Of a DNA stretch of 64,000 nucleotides, positions 44,177 through 53,542 are shown in pieces. The notes beneath the pieces are model-generated. The model made no database searches. It had not been told where the DNA came from and worked only from the letters and a program-made list of their open reading frames with translations. The DNA lies in NCBI GenBank assembly GCA_040753815.1, contig JBFMDU010000021.1, positions 5,011 to 69,010 of the forward strand, read 5' to 3'. Source of the stretch: Chloroflexota bacterium. Lineage in GTDB: Bacteria; Chloroflexota; Dehalococcoidia; GIF9; JBFMDU01. Made by a program: the position numbers and the translations under genes. Each line of letters begins with the position of its first letter. The first letter of the stretch is position 1.

Positions 44177-46429
44177 ATGAATACTCAGAGTAATTCATCT
44201 GGTGAGACTACCGCATCCGGCAGGACGCAGCTTCTTATGGGCCGCCTTAACATCCTGCTCCGGCTCTTCACGCAGGTGGAGACGCGCAAGGAGTACCTTG
44301 ACCGTGCCGTGCGTCTTATCAGTGAATGGACAGGCTTTCCCAACGTTGGCATCAGGGCACTTAATCTGGAGAACGGCATCCCGTACGAGGCAGCTATCGG
44401 CTTCTCCGGGGACTTTCTAAAGGCGGAAAACGAGCTTTCGATAACCCAACCGGACTGCATATGCAGCCGCGTTATCGCCGGGAAAGAGCATATTCCTCAG
44501 GATGCTCGATGCTTGACACCGTCCGGGACGTTCCGGTGCGGCAGTATCGGACGGCATCTGGCGAGCCTTTCTGAGTATGTCGCCTTGTTCAGCAAGGACG
44601 GCACCAGCACGGAAGTGCTGTTCGTTGATACCGGCGGGTTGCCGTGCACAGTCAGCCATACCAAGCTGATGCCCCTGCGGGGGCTCCGTGCCGAGGCTTG
44701 CCGCGCCAGACGGGCGCTGTTTGAGAATAACTTTCAGGGAAGCGCCTGGCTGGCCGGGATACCCGAAGGGCATGTCCGGCTACAGAACGTGCTGTTTGCA
44801 CCGTTCATGGTCGATGGCAGGCCGGTTGGTCTCCTGGGATTAGGCAACAAGCCCGGTGGCTTCACTAACAACGACGCCCGCGTGGCTGAGGCCTTCGGCG
44901 AACTTGCGGTGGTAGCCCTTCTTGACAGCCGGGCGATGGAAAACCTAAGGACGAGCGAGGAGCGCTTCCGGGTGGTGGCTGAGACGGCTGGGGACGGTAT
45001 CGTCACCATCGATAGTCAGGGGAAAGTCGTCTACTGGAACCGCGCCGCCGAGGGTATGTTCGGCTATTCAGCCTCAGAGGTGGTTGGCAAGCCGCTGGAT
45101 GACATCCTGTCTGAGGAGTGCCTCTCAGGGCACCGCGGGGCTATCCGCCAGGCTGTCGACACCGGAAAACTAAAATATGGCGGGCATGTCGTCGAGCTGC
45201 TCGGGACGAGAAAGGACAGGAGCCGCTTCCCGATTGAAGTTACCCTTAATTTGTGGAAGGCGCGCGAAGAGATGTTTTTCACCGCAATTGTCCGCGACAT
45301 CACCGAGCGCAAGCGGATGGAAGACTCCCTTAAAGAGTCGGAAGAGAAGTACCGCACGCTGGTGGAGAGTGTCAACGACGTGTTATTTTCACTTGATATG
45401 AAAGGCCGTGTTACCTATATCAGTCCGGTTATCGAGCGGGTCACCCGGTACACGGTGAATGATATTGTCGGTCAGCACTTTACGCGGTTCGTATCTCCCG
45501 AAGATATTCAGGGCATAGTCCAGGTTTTTCGAGGCAGGCTGGCAGGGAGCGTTGAGCCTTTTGAACACCGGATGCTGGACAAGAACGGGGAAATTATTTA
45601 CGTCCGCACCTCCAGCCGGCCTCTGGTGAAGGATGGCAAAGTAGTCGGGGTTGTCGGGGTTATGACTAATATCTCTGCGCTTAAACTGGCCGAGAAAAAG
45701 AGCGAGGAGTACGAGAGGCTGAGCAAGGTAAAAAGCAACATGATGAACATCGTCGCTCATGAACTGCGCAACCCTCTGGCCAGCATCAGGGGCTATAATT
45801 CGATGTTACTTGACTACTGGGACAGGATGGGCGCCCGCGAAAAGCGACAGAACCTAAAGTCCATTGAAGCATCTACCAACCGGCTGAACGATATGGTGGA
45901 ATACCTTCTGGACACGTCCCGTCTTGAAGCGGGACTGTTGAGACTGAAGAAGGAGCGCTCCAGCCTTGTCCGGCTGGTACGCGAGACGGCGGCTGACGCC
46001 CGGGTTCGCTATAAGCGCGAGATTTCGGTTGGGGTCAGCGGGCGCTTGCCCTCGACAGAAATTGACACGCGGCGGATAAGGCAGGTGCTGGACAACGTTA
46101 TTGATAACGCTGTCAAGTACTCGCCGGAGGGCGCACTGGTTTCAGTGCAGGTCACACGGCAGGTGGGCGAACTTGTGGTCAGCGTGGTTGACCGTGGGAC
46201 TGGCGTTTCTAAAGGGGACCTTGAGCGTGTTTTTGATCCGATGTTCCGCATTGAGCGCAAGCTGAACCCGGAACTTGGCGGAATGGGGCTGGGTCTGCCG
46301 CTGTGCAAGAAGCTGATCGAAGCCCATGGCGGCCGCATCTGGATGGAGAGCGAGCCGGGTAAAGGCAGCCGTCTTTCGTTTACTATACCGCTGGCGGTTC
46401 CGGCGAGGAAGGAGTCCACAGCCCCCTAA
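44177..46429 (+). CDS. Cytoplasmic sensor histidine kinase (GAF, two PAS, HisKA, HATPase_c)
   Basis: PAS blocks ([17 protein letters not shown]..., [16 protein letters not shown]...), H-box [11 protein letters not shown], and N/G boxes ([21 protein letters not shown]). Confidence 0.85.
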   Translation: MNTQSNSSGETTASGRTQLLMGRLNILLRLFTQVETRKEYLDRAVRLISEWTGFPNVGIRALNLENGIPYEAAIGFSGDFLKAENELSITQPDCICSRVIAGKEHIPQDARCLTPSGTFRCGSIGRHLASLSEYVALFSKDGTSTEVLFVDTGGLPCTVSHTKLMPLRGLRAEACRARRALFENNFQGSAWLAGIPEGHVRLQNVLFAPFMVDGRPVGLLGLGNKPGGFTNNDARVAEAFGELAVVALLDSRAMENLRTSEERFRVVAETAGDGIVTIDSQGKVVYWNRAAEGMFGYSASEVVGKPLDDILSEECLSGHRGAIRQAVDTGKLKYGGHVVELLGTRKDRSRFPIEVTLNLWKAREEMFFTAIVRDITERKRMEDSLKESEEKYRTLVESVNDVLFSLDMKGRVTYISPVIERVTRYTVNDIVGQHFTRFVSPEDIQGIVQVFRGRLAGSVEPFEHRMLDKNGEIIYVRTSSRPLVKDGKVVGVVGVMTNISALKLAEKKSEEYERLSKVKSNMMNIVAHELRNPLASIRGYNSMLLDYWDRMGAREKRQNLKSIEASTNRLNDMVEYLLDTSRLEAGLLRLKKERSSLVRLVRETAADARVRYKREISVGVSGRLPSTEIDTRRIRQVLDNVIDNAVKYSPEGALVSVQVTRQVGELVVSVVDRGTGVSKGDLERVFDPMFRIERKLNPELGGMGLGLPLCKKLIEAHGGRIWMESEPGKGSRLSFTIPLAVPARKESTAP

Positions 46430-46842
46430 CTGTTTGCTTCCGTCTCCTTAATCCCAGGCCGGTTTTCTCCGTACCAGCGCGCTTCGATTTCATCCATCTT
46501 CTCATCGCTGATGCCGAAGAAATGGGCGATTTCGTGCATGACGGTGAGGCGTATCTCCTCGGCGATTTCTTTATCAGAGGAACATTCGGCCTCGATAGGT
46601 TTCTGGAAGATGGTTATCTTGTCCGGCATCACCAGGTTATAGTCGTGAGTTCGTTCGGTCAGCGGGATGCCCTCATAGAGACCGAAAAGCGTTTCTCCGG
46701 TCTCCATGCCGGCGTACTCGATATGTTCCGGTGAGGGTTCGTCCTCGACGCATACCTCAACGTTTTCCAGTCTTGAGGCAAACTCCGGGGGAAGGCTGGA
46801 CAATGCTTTCTCCACTAGACGCTCGAACTTTCTGCGGTCCAT
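46426..46842 (-). CDS. Zinicin-like metallopeptidase family protein (DUF1025-like)
   Basis: 138 aa with MHEIAHFFG (HExxH). The overall pattern matches small metallopeptidase family proteins as I recall them. Confidence 0.6.
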   Translation of the reverse strand: MDRRKFERLVEKALSSLPPEFASRLENVEVCVEDEPSPEHIEYAGMETGETLFGLYEGIPLTERTHDYNLVMPDKITIFQKPIEAECSSDKEIAEEIRLTVMHEIAHFFGISDEKMDEIEARWYGENRPGIKETEANS

Positions 46843-46859
46843 TATGCTTCGCGGCTATT

Positions 46860-47240
46860 TTAAGCGCTGCCGGTGCGCCGTAGCACGGCCTTGACCCGCG
46901 CTGTCAGCTCTCTGGCGCCGAATGGCTTGGTGATATAGCCATCGGCGCCGGCGGCGAAAGCCGCAGACTTTTCCTCCGGGGCATCCCTGGCGCTTACCAT
47001 AATGACCGGGACTTTCGAGGACTTCCGTATGCGGCGGCAGGTCTCGTGGCCGTCGATGCCGGGCAGGGCGATATCGAGCAGGACAAGACCGGGACGTTTC
47101 TGGTGCAGTAACTCCAGCGCCCTCTCACCGCTGTCGATGGCGATGACGGGATATCCCTCCATCTCGAGCGTGCGCTTCATGATGTTAAGCATGTGCGGGT
47201 CGTCGTCAACGACCAGTATGACGGGCTTAGAAGTTGGCAT
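46860..47240 (-). CDS. Single-domain response regulator (receiver only)
   Basis: VILVVDDDPHML...LLDIALPGIDG...GADGYITKPFGARELTARVKAVLRR. I chose ATG 47240 as the start; the ORF-track start is 47303. Confidence 0.75.
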   Translation of the reverse strand: MPTSKPVILVVDDDPHMLNIMKRTLEMEGYPVIAIDSGERALELLHQKRPGLVLLDIALPGIDGHETCRRIRKSSKVPVIMVSARDAPEEKSAAFAAGADGYITKPFGARELTARVKAVLRRTGSA

Positions 47241-47381
47241 CAGACAGGCAGACCTTTCTGCAGAGATTGCGGCGAGTCTGCCGCCACGGGCAGGGCCAAG
47301 CAAACAATCAATAGGCGGCGGTCAAGCCGAGTGAATATTAAGAGTATTGAAGTGAAGTGTCAATCGGCGGGTTGGTCGGTT

Positions 47382-48245
47382 TCACTGGGTATGTGTGTGG
47401 GAGCGGGGTGTACCCGGGACATGCCCGCTGCCTCTTCTGGATTGAGCCGCAGGTGGCAGAAAGTATACGGTGAGCGCCGCTATTAGATAAGACCAGTAGA
47501 CCGTAACTTCGGTCAGTGACGGGTTGCCGTTGTATCCGAACATCGCAGTTAGAAAGCGGCCGAAGGTCGATTCCTCGGGGAGGAACGCATTTGTGTTCCA
47601 GACGTGCTCAATCAATGGGGGGATAAGAGCAGCCTCGTGGAATTCGTGGATACCGTGGGCGATAAGGCCGGCGGCGAATAGTACCAGCAGTATGCCGGTG
47701 ACGTTGAAGAAAGCTTTGATGTTCAAGCGTCCGGCGCCGCGGTAAATAGCGTAACCAAGACCCGCCGCTGTAGCCAGCCCGATCAGGCCTCCGAAGAAGG
47801 ACAGCGCCTGCGATTCGGCAACGCTGGTAGTAGCGAAGAGAAACAGGACTGTCTCAATGCCTTCACGAACAACGGCGGTGAAGGCGAGCGCAAACAGTCC
47901 CCATCCCGAGCCTTTGCGGGCTGCGGCGTCTGTTCGGGTCTGGATCTCACTTTTCAGGCTGGCCGCGTTGCGGCGCATCCAGAGTATCATCCAGGTGAGA
48001 ACTCCGGCGGCCAGGAACATCGCCGAGCCTTCGAAGACTTTCTCCGCCGTCCCTTCCAGCTTGCCCGTGCTAAAATAGACCACGGCCCCGACAGCTACGC
48101 TTAGCAAAACCGCCAGCCCGGTTCCCAACCAGACTTGCCTGAAGAGTCCTCGCTGGCTGGTTCTGGCCAGGAAGGCGAGAATGATCCCGACAATCAGGGA
48201 TGCTTCAAGACCCTCTCGCAGTGTAATCAGCATTGAACTGAGCAT
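47382..48245 (-). CDS. FTR1/EfeU-family high-affinity iron permease
   Basis: Two REGxE motifs (REGLEASL, REGIETVLF) in a 7-TM-like protein. Confidence 0.8.
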   Translation of the reverse strand: MLSSMLITLREGLEASLIVGIILAFLARTSQRGLFRQVWLGTGLAVLLSVAVGAVVYFSTGKLEGTAEKVFEGSAMFLAAGVLTWMILWMRRNAASLKSEIQTRTDAAARKGSGWGLFALAFTAVVREGIETVLFLFATTSVAESQALSFFGGLIGLATAAGLGYAIYRGAGRLNIKAFFNVTGILLVLFAAGLIAHGIHEFHEAALIPPLIEHVWNTNAFLPEESTFGRFLTAMFGYNGNPSLTEVTVYWSYLIAALTVYFLPPAAQSRRGSGHVPGTPRSHTHTQ

Positions 48246-48413
48246 GTGTCACCTCCACATAGACTTAATGTGTGCGAAAGCAAATTCACCACCGATTACT
48301 CTGACGGTAATTATAAGTAAGATTATCAAGAAAGTCAACAATGAGATTATAAAGGAGGGAATCCAACCTTTGTTTTCCGTCACATTCCGGCGACAAGCAC
48401 TAATCCGCACGCC

Positions 48414-49598
48414 ATGTGCTATCATCTGATTCTGATGAGCATGACGAGGGTTGCCATTGTCGGGGTTGGTGGGAGTTGCAGCGTCGCCTTTAACCGGGCG
48501 ATGGAAATAATTAGCCTGGAGCCGGTGAAGCGTGGTGACACCGTTCTTGTCAAACCGAACCTGGTGGAGCCGGCGGCTCCGGACATCGGCCAGATAACCA
48601 GTCTCCGGGTCATGGAGGGCGCTGTTCGCTACTGTCTTAACCATGGCGCGCGGCGCGTTATTATCGGTGAAGGTCCTGGCTACTATCAGCCCAAGTCCTG
48701 TCTCCGGGAGTGCTTCACAATGACTGGTGTTGACGAATTTGCCAGGCGGCTTGGCGTCGAATGGGTGCTCTTTGACGAACACCCGTTCCGGCGTATCAAG
48801 GGCATCCCCGGGGTTACCCCGGACGACTTTCGGGTAACCCGGTTTGCTTTTGAGTGTGATTGCCTCATAAATCTGCCGGTGCTCAAGACTCATTACCTGA
48901 CCGGCGTCAGTCTGGCCATGAAGAACCTCAAAGGCTGTCTCAAGCGTGAGGATAAGCCGCAGTTCCACTGGCACGACCTTAGCCGGGCGGTGGTCGAACT
49001 CTGCCGTATCATCAGACCTGCTGTAAGCGTGATCGATGCCACGGCGCCGGTCATCGTGCGCCAACTCGGGTCAGGTTGCGATGTCGAAGACCAAAATGCC
49101 GCCGGCGGCCTGCTTATCGCCAGCTCTGATATCGTTGCCGTGGATACCGTTGGCTCAGCCCTGATGGGGCTGGATCCCACCGGTGTACGTATGATTAGTG
49201 AGGGTGCCCGTGCCGGGCTTGGCGAAGCTGACCTGGCTAGGATTGAGATTGTCGGGGAGGATCTGAAGAAGCTCAAGTTCCGTATCCGCCTGCCGGTGGA
49301 GGAACTCAGGCGCTATTTCCCTGGACTCATCGTAGCTGGCGCTGAGAAAGCCTGCAGTGGTTGTCTTCAGCCGGTGGTCTCGGAACTTCTGGCGCTTGGA
49401 GAGAGTGGTTGCAGGCTCGGGGAGCCGCTCACCATTGGGTTCGGCCAGTACCTGGAGGTTCCCTGCGGGACGAATGCTCTACTCGTGGGTGATTGTGCAG
49501 CGGATATACCGGGTGGCCATCACGTGGCTGGCTGTCCACCGGCCCGCGATGAAATCAGGATTGAGCTTCTCAAGCGCCTTGTTCCCGGCGGTGCTTAG
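48414..49598 (+). CDS. DUF362 domain-containing protein
   Basis: GDTVLVKPNLVEP..., ...LPVLKTHYLTGVSLAMKNLKG and ...VIDAT match the DUF362 pattern from memory. The start may be an internal ATG, 7-9 codons downstream. Confidence 0.55.
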   Translation: MCYHLILMSMTRVAIVGVGGSCSVAFNRAMEIISLEPVKRGDTVLVKPNLVEPAAPDIGQITSLRVMEGAVRYCLNHGARRVIIGEGPGYYQPKSCLRECFTMTGVDEFARRLGVEWVLFDEHPFRRIKGIPGVTPDDFRVTRFAFECDCLINLPVLKTHYLTGVSLAMKNLKGCLKREDKPQFHWHDLSRAVVELCRIIRPAVSVIDATAPVIVRQLGSGCDVEDQNAAGGLLIASSDIVAVDTVGSALMGLDPTGVRMISEGARAGLGEADLARIEIVGEDLKKLKFRIRLPVEELRRYFPGLIVAGAEKACSGCLQPVVSELLALGESGCRLGEPLTIGFGQYLEVPCGTNALLVGDCAADIPGGHHVAGCPPARDEIRIELLKRLVPGGA

Positions 49599-51016
49599 CG
49601 CTCTATGATAAATGTCTTCAATGCTCTGCTGTCGGCGTCACGGAAGATGAGCTCCGCCCTATCGCCGAGAGTTGCTTCAACGAAGCCGTACTGGCCGCCA
49701 GCATACCAGACGCTGGCGGGTGAAGTGTAGGTCGCCGGCGGGTCAGGTATGCCGCCGAAGGCACCGCAAATGACATACGTGATTTTGTTCTTCTGCAGGA
49801 GCTCAAGCTGGTGGTTGTGGCCGGAAAAGACCAGGTCGACATCGTACTTTTCGAAGAGCGGCACCAACTCCCGGATCGCGGTCTCGTCGTCATACCATGG
49901 GTACCAGCCGTAGACGCCGCCGGAGGCGTAGTAGTAGGCATGGCTTATCACAACTGTCCAGTCAGATGGTGGTATCGACCTCAGCTCTCTTTCCAGCCAC
50001 GTCTTGCGCTCCGGCGGGATGCTGTCGTCATTCCATTCCCGGTCGAGCAGGAAAAAATGGACACCACTGACGTCCACCCGCCGCCAGAGGGAATCAGTAC
50101 GGTTGGCCGGGGTCAGGTATTCCTGGAAGCGTCTCAGGCCGCCCATGATGGTATCGTGGTTCCCCGCCGCGAACAGCGACGGGATAAATGACGTGCCGGA
50201 CGTAATTGTCGAGAGAGCCTCCTGCCAGTGGCTGTCGTTGTAACCGTGTTCGACAAGGTCTCCAGTGAAGATGAACACCGAGAACCGGTTCTGAGGGCTG
50301 GCTATTTGCCTTAGCATCTTCGCGGTGAGGTCTGGCCTGGCATCGCTGGCGCCAAAATGGGCGTCAGAGGTAACAGTAAAGCGGAACTGTTGTCCCGGCT
50401 TCGGCGGAGTGCGGAATCGCCGTGTTTCACCCTGGTTCACCTGGTAGTTTACCTCTGTGTCCTGCGGCAGGTCGCGCAGGACGAAGTAATGGGACCTGGA
50501 TGGGGTGTTTTCAGTGAGTCTCCCGCTGGATGTGCCTGCATCCCATTTCAGCGTGTTCTGAGTGGACTGTTTTGTCCAGAAGGTTACCGCGATGCCAGGT
50601 ACGCCGTTGTTGCCCGTCCGGTCGAGTACGAGCAACTGCACCGGTTTGTTGCCAGCCTCAATGAGGCTGTAGCCGCCGATATAGGAAAACCCGGCGACTG
50701 GCATCATGACGCCGAAGACGGCTAATATCGCGGTGAGCAGGCTCAATCGGGAACGAAGTGACAGATTGCTTTTCAAACGGGCGTTAACACCTGTCAGGAT
50801 GGCCGGTGCGAGGCTGACAAGTATCATAAAGGCTAGCGCCGGCTGTACCGGCCTGATGACCCGGAAAAAGCCGTCGGTATTGTGGAAGTTGAGCGACCAT
50901 ACCAGCATTGCCGCGGTAAATATCGGGGCGGCAATGACAATAATAAGCCAGATAGGGTGCTGGCATATGCGTGAAGGGCGTGCTCCGGTCATGCGGAGCA
51001 TTGTATCATGGTTCAT
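49595..51016 (-). CDS. Membrane-anchored metallophosphoesterase (purple-acid-phosphatase-like)
   Basis: Several N-terminal TM helices. Metallophosphatase motifs SDAHFG, TGDLVEHG, AGNHD and SGHNHQ. Confidence 0.7.
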   Translation of the reverse strand: MNHDTMLRMTGARPSRICQHPIWLIIVIAAPIFTAAMLVWSLNFHNTDGFFRVIRPVQPALAFMILVSLAPAILTGVNARLKSNLSLRSRLSLLTAILAVFGVMMPVAGFSYIGGYSLIEAGNKPVQLLVLDRTGNNGVPGIAVTFWTKQSTQNTLKWDAGTSSGRLTENTPSRSHYFVLRDLPQDTEVNYQVNQGETRRFRTPPKPGQQFRFTVTSDAHFGASDARPDLTAKMLRQIASPQNRFSVFIFTGDLVEHGYNDSHWQEALSTITSGTSFIPSLFAAGNHDTIMGGLRRFQEYLTPANRTDSLWRRVDVSGVHFFLLDREWNDDSIPPERKTWLERELRSIPPSDWTVVISHAYYYASGGVYGWYPWYDDETAIRELVPLFEKYDVDLVFSGHNHQLELLQKNKITYVICGAFGGIPDPPATYTSPASVWYAGGQYGFVEATLGDRAELIFRDADSRALKTFIIER

Positions 51017-51032
51017 TTTAAAGCTGCCGTGG

Positions 51033-52307
51033 TCAGGTTGTCTGCGGCGGCGCAGCCGGCGTTTGGCGCTCTGCTTTCCCGACGCCGTTGGGTCGGAATC
51101 CCCGGGTGAACCATCCGAAAAGCCCGATTCCCAGCGCTACCATGAAGGCGGCGAAGTAGAAGACCGGCTCGGTGCGGCTGGCAATCTGCTGGATGACACC
51201 GCCAAGGAATGGGCCTCCGGCTTGTCCGATACTGATAGCTACCGAAGTCAGCGCCATGACTGAGGCCATGCCGTGACGGCGGCCCTCGCCGACCGAGAGC
51301 GCCGATGATGCTGGCGTCATCACCGAGGAGGTGAGACCGGCGATTACAGCAATTACCATTAACTGCCAGAAACTCCGGGCGAACGGGGCTGAAGCCATGA
51401 AGGCGACGATAACACAACCGCCGCCGATAACTAGTGTCCGCCGGCTTATCCTGTTGCGGAAGCGGTCGGTAAGCCTGCCGAATGGCGCCTGGAGCAGGGC
51501 GGATAAGGCAACCTGGGTGGTGAGGATGGCGCCGGTCTCGCCGGTACTGAGTCCCAGCGTCAGGCCACCATATATCGGGATGAAGGAGAAGAAGGCGGTG
51601 CGCCCTAGATGCTCGATAGCGTTCAGGCTGAGGATGCCGCGCATCATGCCGCTCTGCCACATGCTCCGGAATGACGGCCTGGGCCGTCTCATACCGTGGG
51701 CCAGGCTTTCCGGCAGGAAAACGAAGACAGCGATAGCACCCATCAGGTTGAGGAAGCTCATCGCCCCGAAGGCGGCGACGATGCCGGTATCAAAAGCTCC
51801 GAAGAGCGGCGGCACCTTTGAAAAATACTGGTAGAGGAGGCCGCCGATGAGCGGTCCTCCGGCAATACCCCCGAAGAAAGCGGTATTGTAGTAGCCCTGC
51901 CAGGTACCCTCCTCGCCTTTGGGCGACATTTCCCCGACGTAGGCTTTGGCTACCGGAATAACCAGTCCACCAGCAGCGCCGTGGACTACCCGTACCAGCA
52001 TCAATTGCCACGTATCCTGCACCACCATATAGAAAAGCGACATGAAAGCATAGAAAAGGAGGCCGCTTCCGAGGACAACCTTCCGGCCGTGTTTATCGGA
52101 GAGACGGGCAATGAATGGCATGAATACCGCTTTGGAGGCGGCATAGCCGGCCATGAGTGCGCCGATCCAGATGCCGGTGGCGCCGAGGTCTCGGGCATAG
52201 ACCGGCATCAGCGGTGAGATGATGCCCATGCCCAGCATGGCGGCAAAGACCGAAAGAGCAATAACCGGAAAAACGCGTTTGATGATGGGTGTTTGTTCGC
52301 TATTCAT
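51033..52307 (-). CDS. MFS transporter
   Basis: 12-TM-like pattern. The loop 2-3 motif ARLSDKHGRKV matches D-R/K-x-G-R-R/K. Confidence 0.8.
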   Translation of the reverse strand: MNSEQTPIIKRVFPVIALSVFAAMLGMGIISPLMPVYARDLGATGIWIGALMAGYAASKAVFMPFIARLSDKHGRKVVLGSGLLFYAFMSLFYMVVQDTWQLMLVRVVHGAAGGLVIPVAKAYVGEMSPKGEEGTWQGYYNTAFFGGIAGGPLIGGLLYQYFSKVPPLFGAFDTGIVAAFGAMSFLNLMGAIAVFVFLPESLAHGMRRPRPSFRSMWQSGMMRGILSLNAIEHLGRTAFFSFIPIYGGLTLGLSTGETGAILTTQVALSALLQAPFGRLTDRFRNRISRRTLVIGGGCVIVAFMASAPFARSFWQLMVIAVIAGLTSSVMTPASSALSVGEGRRHGMASVMALTSVAISIGQAGGPFLGGVIQQIASRTEPVFYFAAFMVALGIGLFGWFTRGFRPNGVGKAERQTPAAPPQTT

Positions 52308-52435
52308 GGAGTATTCAAATATGTCAGGTGGATTATAGCTCCAGTGGAACTGAAAGAGAAGGGCGGCATATGCTTCCCTCTCCCCTAAAAAGGGGGTTAG
52401 GGTGAGGGTGCCCTCATTGACAAGACCTCTATCCC

Positions 52436-53023
52436 ATGCCTAGAATTCCCCCGATGGCTGTGAACAACAAATTGCTGGAAGCTCTCCGTGTCGCCGAGCA
52501 GATGGAGATTGATGGCAAGGCCTTCTATTTGAAGATGGCCGAAGCCAGCGTTAACCGCCGTGGACGGGAACTGTTCCGGGTACTGGCCTCCGAGGAGGAT
52601 GTCCACCGTGACGATTTCAGGCGCATTTATGAAGCGTTCAGGGATGGAAAGCCAGCGCCATCATCAGGAACAGAATGCGCCGGCTGTACCAGAATCCGTA
52701 AGCTGTTCTCCCAGGCGGTTCCGGATCTGGAGGCTGATATTAAAGCTACACCAGCTGAGGTCGAGGCGATTGACACCGCGGTTGGGATGGAGCAGGGTGG
52801 CATTGACTATTACAGGAACCTGAGTGCCGGGGAAACCGACCCGGTGGTCAAGCGCTTCTATGAGGCATTGGTTGAGCAGGAAGAGAGTCACAAGGCGGCA
52901 CTGCTGGACTATCGCAAATATGTGCTCGATCCTGAGGGCTGGCTGGTGAGCAAGACCAGACCTTCAGCGGGGTCGTGCTTCACGCCCCGCGCTGCAGGCG
53001 AAGCCTCTGAGATGGAGTGGTGA
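52436..53023 (+). CDS. Ferritin-like/rubrerythrin-family diiron domain protein
   Basis: AEQMEIDGKAFY ... SEEDVHRDDF ... GMEQGGIDYY ... EQEESHKAAL (ExxH pairs). The start may be ATG 52454. Confidence 0.6.
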   Translation: MPRIPPMAVNNKLLEALRVAEQMEIDGKAFYLKMAEASVNRRGRELFRVLASEEDVHRDDFRRIYEAFRDGKPAPSSGTECAGCTRIRKLFSQAVPDLEADIKATPAEVEAIDTAVGMEQGGIDYYRNLSAGETDPVVKRFYEALVEQEESHKAALLDYRKYVLDPEGWLVSKTRPSAGSCFTPRAAGEASEMEW

Positions 53024-53045
53024 GCCGGGCTGGCCTGCTGGAAAT

Positions 53046-53082
53046 GAAACGGGGGCTGGAATCTTCCAGCCCCCGTTTTTTA
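53046..53082. terminator. Rho-independent terminator-like hairpin between convergent genes
   Basis: ACGGGGGCTGGAA/TTCCAGCCCCCGT forms a perfect stem (53049-53076), followed by TTTTT (53077-81). Confidence 0.6.
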
Positions 53083-53099
53083 TACCTTAGTCCCGGCGT

Positions 53100-53405
53100 T
53101 TACCTGGCCGGTCTGACCTTGCGGTAGCAGTCACTGCAGTAAACAGGCCTGCCGGTCCGCGGCTCGAAGGGTACTTCGGTGTCCTTACCGCACTGGGCAC
53201 ACTTGGCGGGATACATCTGGCGGTTGCCTCTGGATGAGAAACCGCTATCGTTTCCACGCTGTGACTTCTTTGCCTGGCGGCAGGTGGGGCAGCGCTTTGG
53301 CTCATTGGTATAGCCGCGCTGCTGGAAAAGCTCCTGCTCCTGGGCCGTGAAGGTGAAGGTGGCGCCGCAATCGGAACAGGTGAGTGATTTGTCCTGGAAA
53401 GCCAT
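53100..53405 (-). CDS. Zinc-ribbon protein (two CxxC...CxxC ribbons), paralog of 13140-13328
   Basis: MAFQDKSLTCSDCGATFTFTAQEQELFQQRGYTNEPKRCPTCRQ plus a second ribbon, CAQCGKDTEVPFEPRTGRPVYCSDCY. Confidence 0.7.
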   Translation of the reverse strand: MAFQDKSLTCSDCGATFTFTAQEQELFQQRGYTNEPKRCPTCRQAKKSQRGNDSGFSSRGNRQMYPAKCAQCGKDTEVPFEPRTGRPVYCSDCYRKVRPAR

Positions 53406-53541
53406 CGGATGACCTCCTCTCTTTTATACTAGTTTGAGTTTGGTCATCCAATACTGGTGGAGCCCAAATGCGGGACACGGGGTATCTGACAACCTAAACT
53501 TCGACCTCAGACATTATACGGATGCCCTGCTGTCAATGCAA
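53406..53541 (-). promoter_or_regulatory. Promoter (TTGCAT-N17-TATAAT) plus ~107-nt leader with anti-SD hairpin, paralogous to 12997-13139
   Basis: On the minus strand, TTGCAT lies at 53541-53536 and TATAAT at 53518-53513. In the leader, GGATGACC pairs with GGTCATCC next to GAGGAGG-ATG. Shared blocks with the first locus: CGTATAATGTC, AAGTT[CT]AGGTT and GAGAGGAGGTCATCCGATG. Confidence 0.45.
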
Positions 53542-53542
53542 G

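Noticed and set aside
48246-48413. Fur box in the AT-rich divergent region between the FTR1 iron permease and DUF362 genes
   Set aside because: Only an isolated GATTATC half-site-like sequence (…TAAGATTATCAAG…) is present. The partner half-site matches about 3 of 7 positions, so the evidence is too weak to call.
48249-49064. 271-aa ORF on the minus strand next to the FTR1 permease gene
   Set aside because: It is antisense to the DUF362 gene, which has family-typical motifs (VLVKPNLV etc.). Its translation is Arg/His/Pro-rich with no domain signature.
52370-52415. Hairpin-like CCCTCTCCCCTAAAAAGGGGGTTAGGGTGAGGGTGCCCTC upstream of the ferritin-like gene, resembling a widespread short intergenic repeat
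   Set aside because: There is only a single copy in this window, so I cannot support calling it a repeat family or assign a function.
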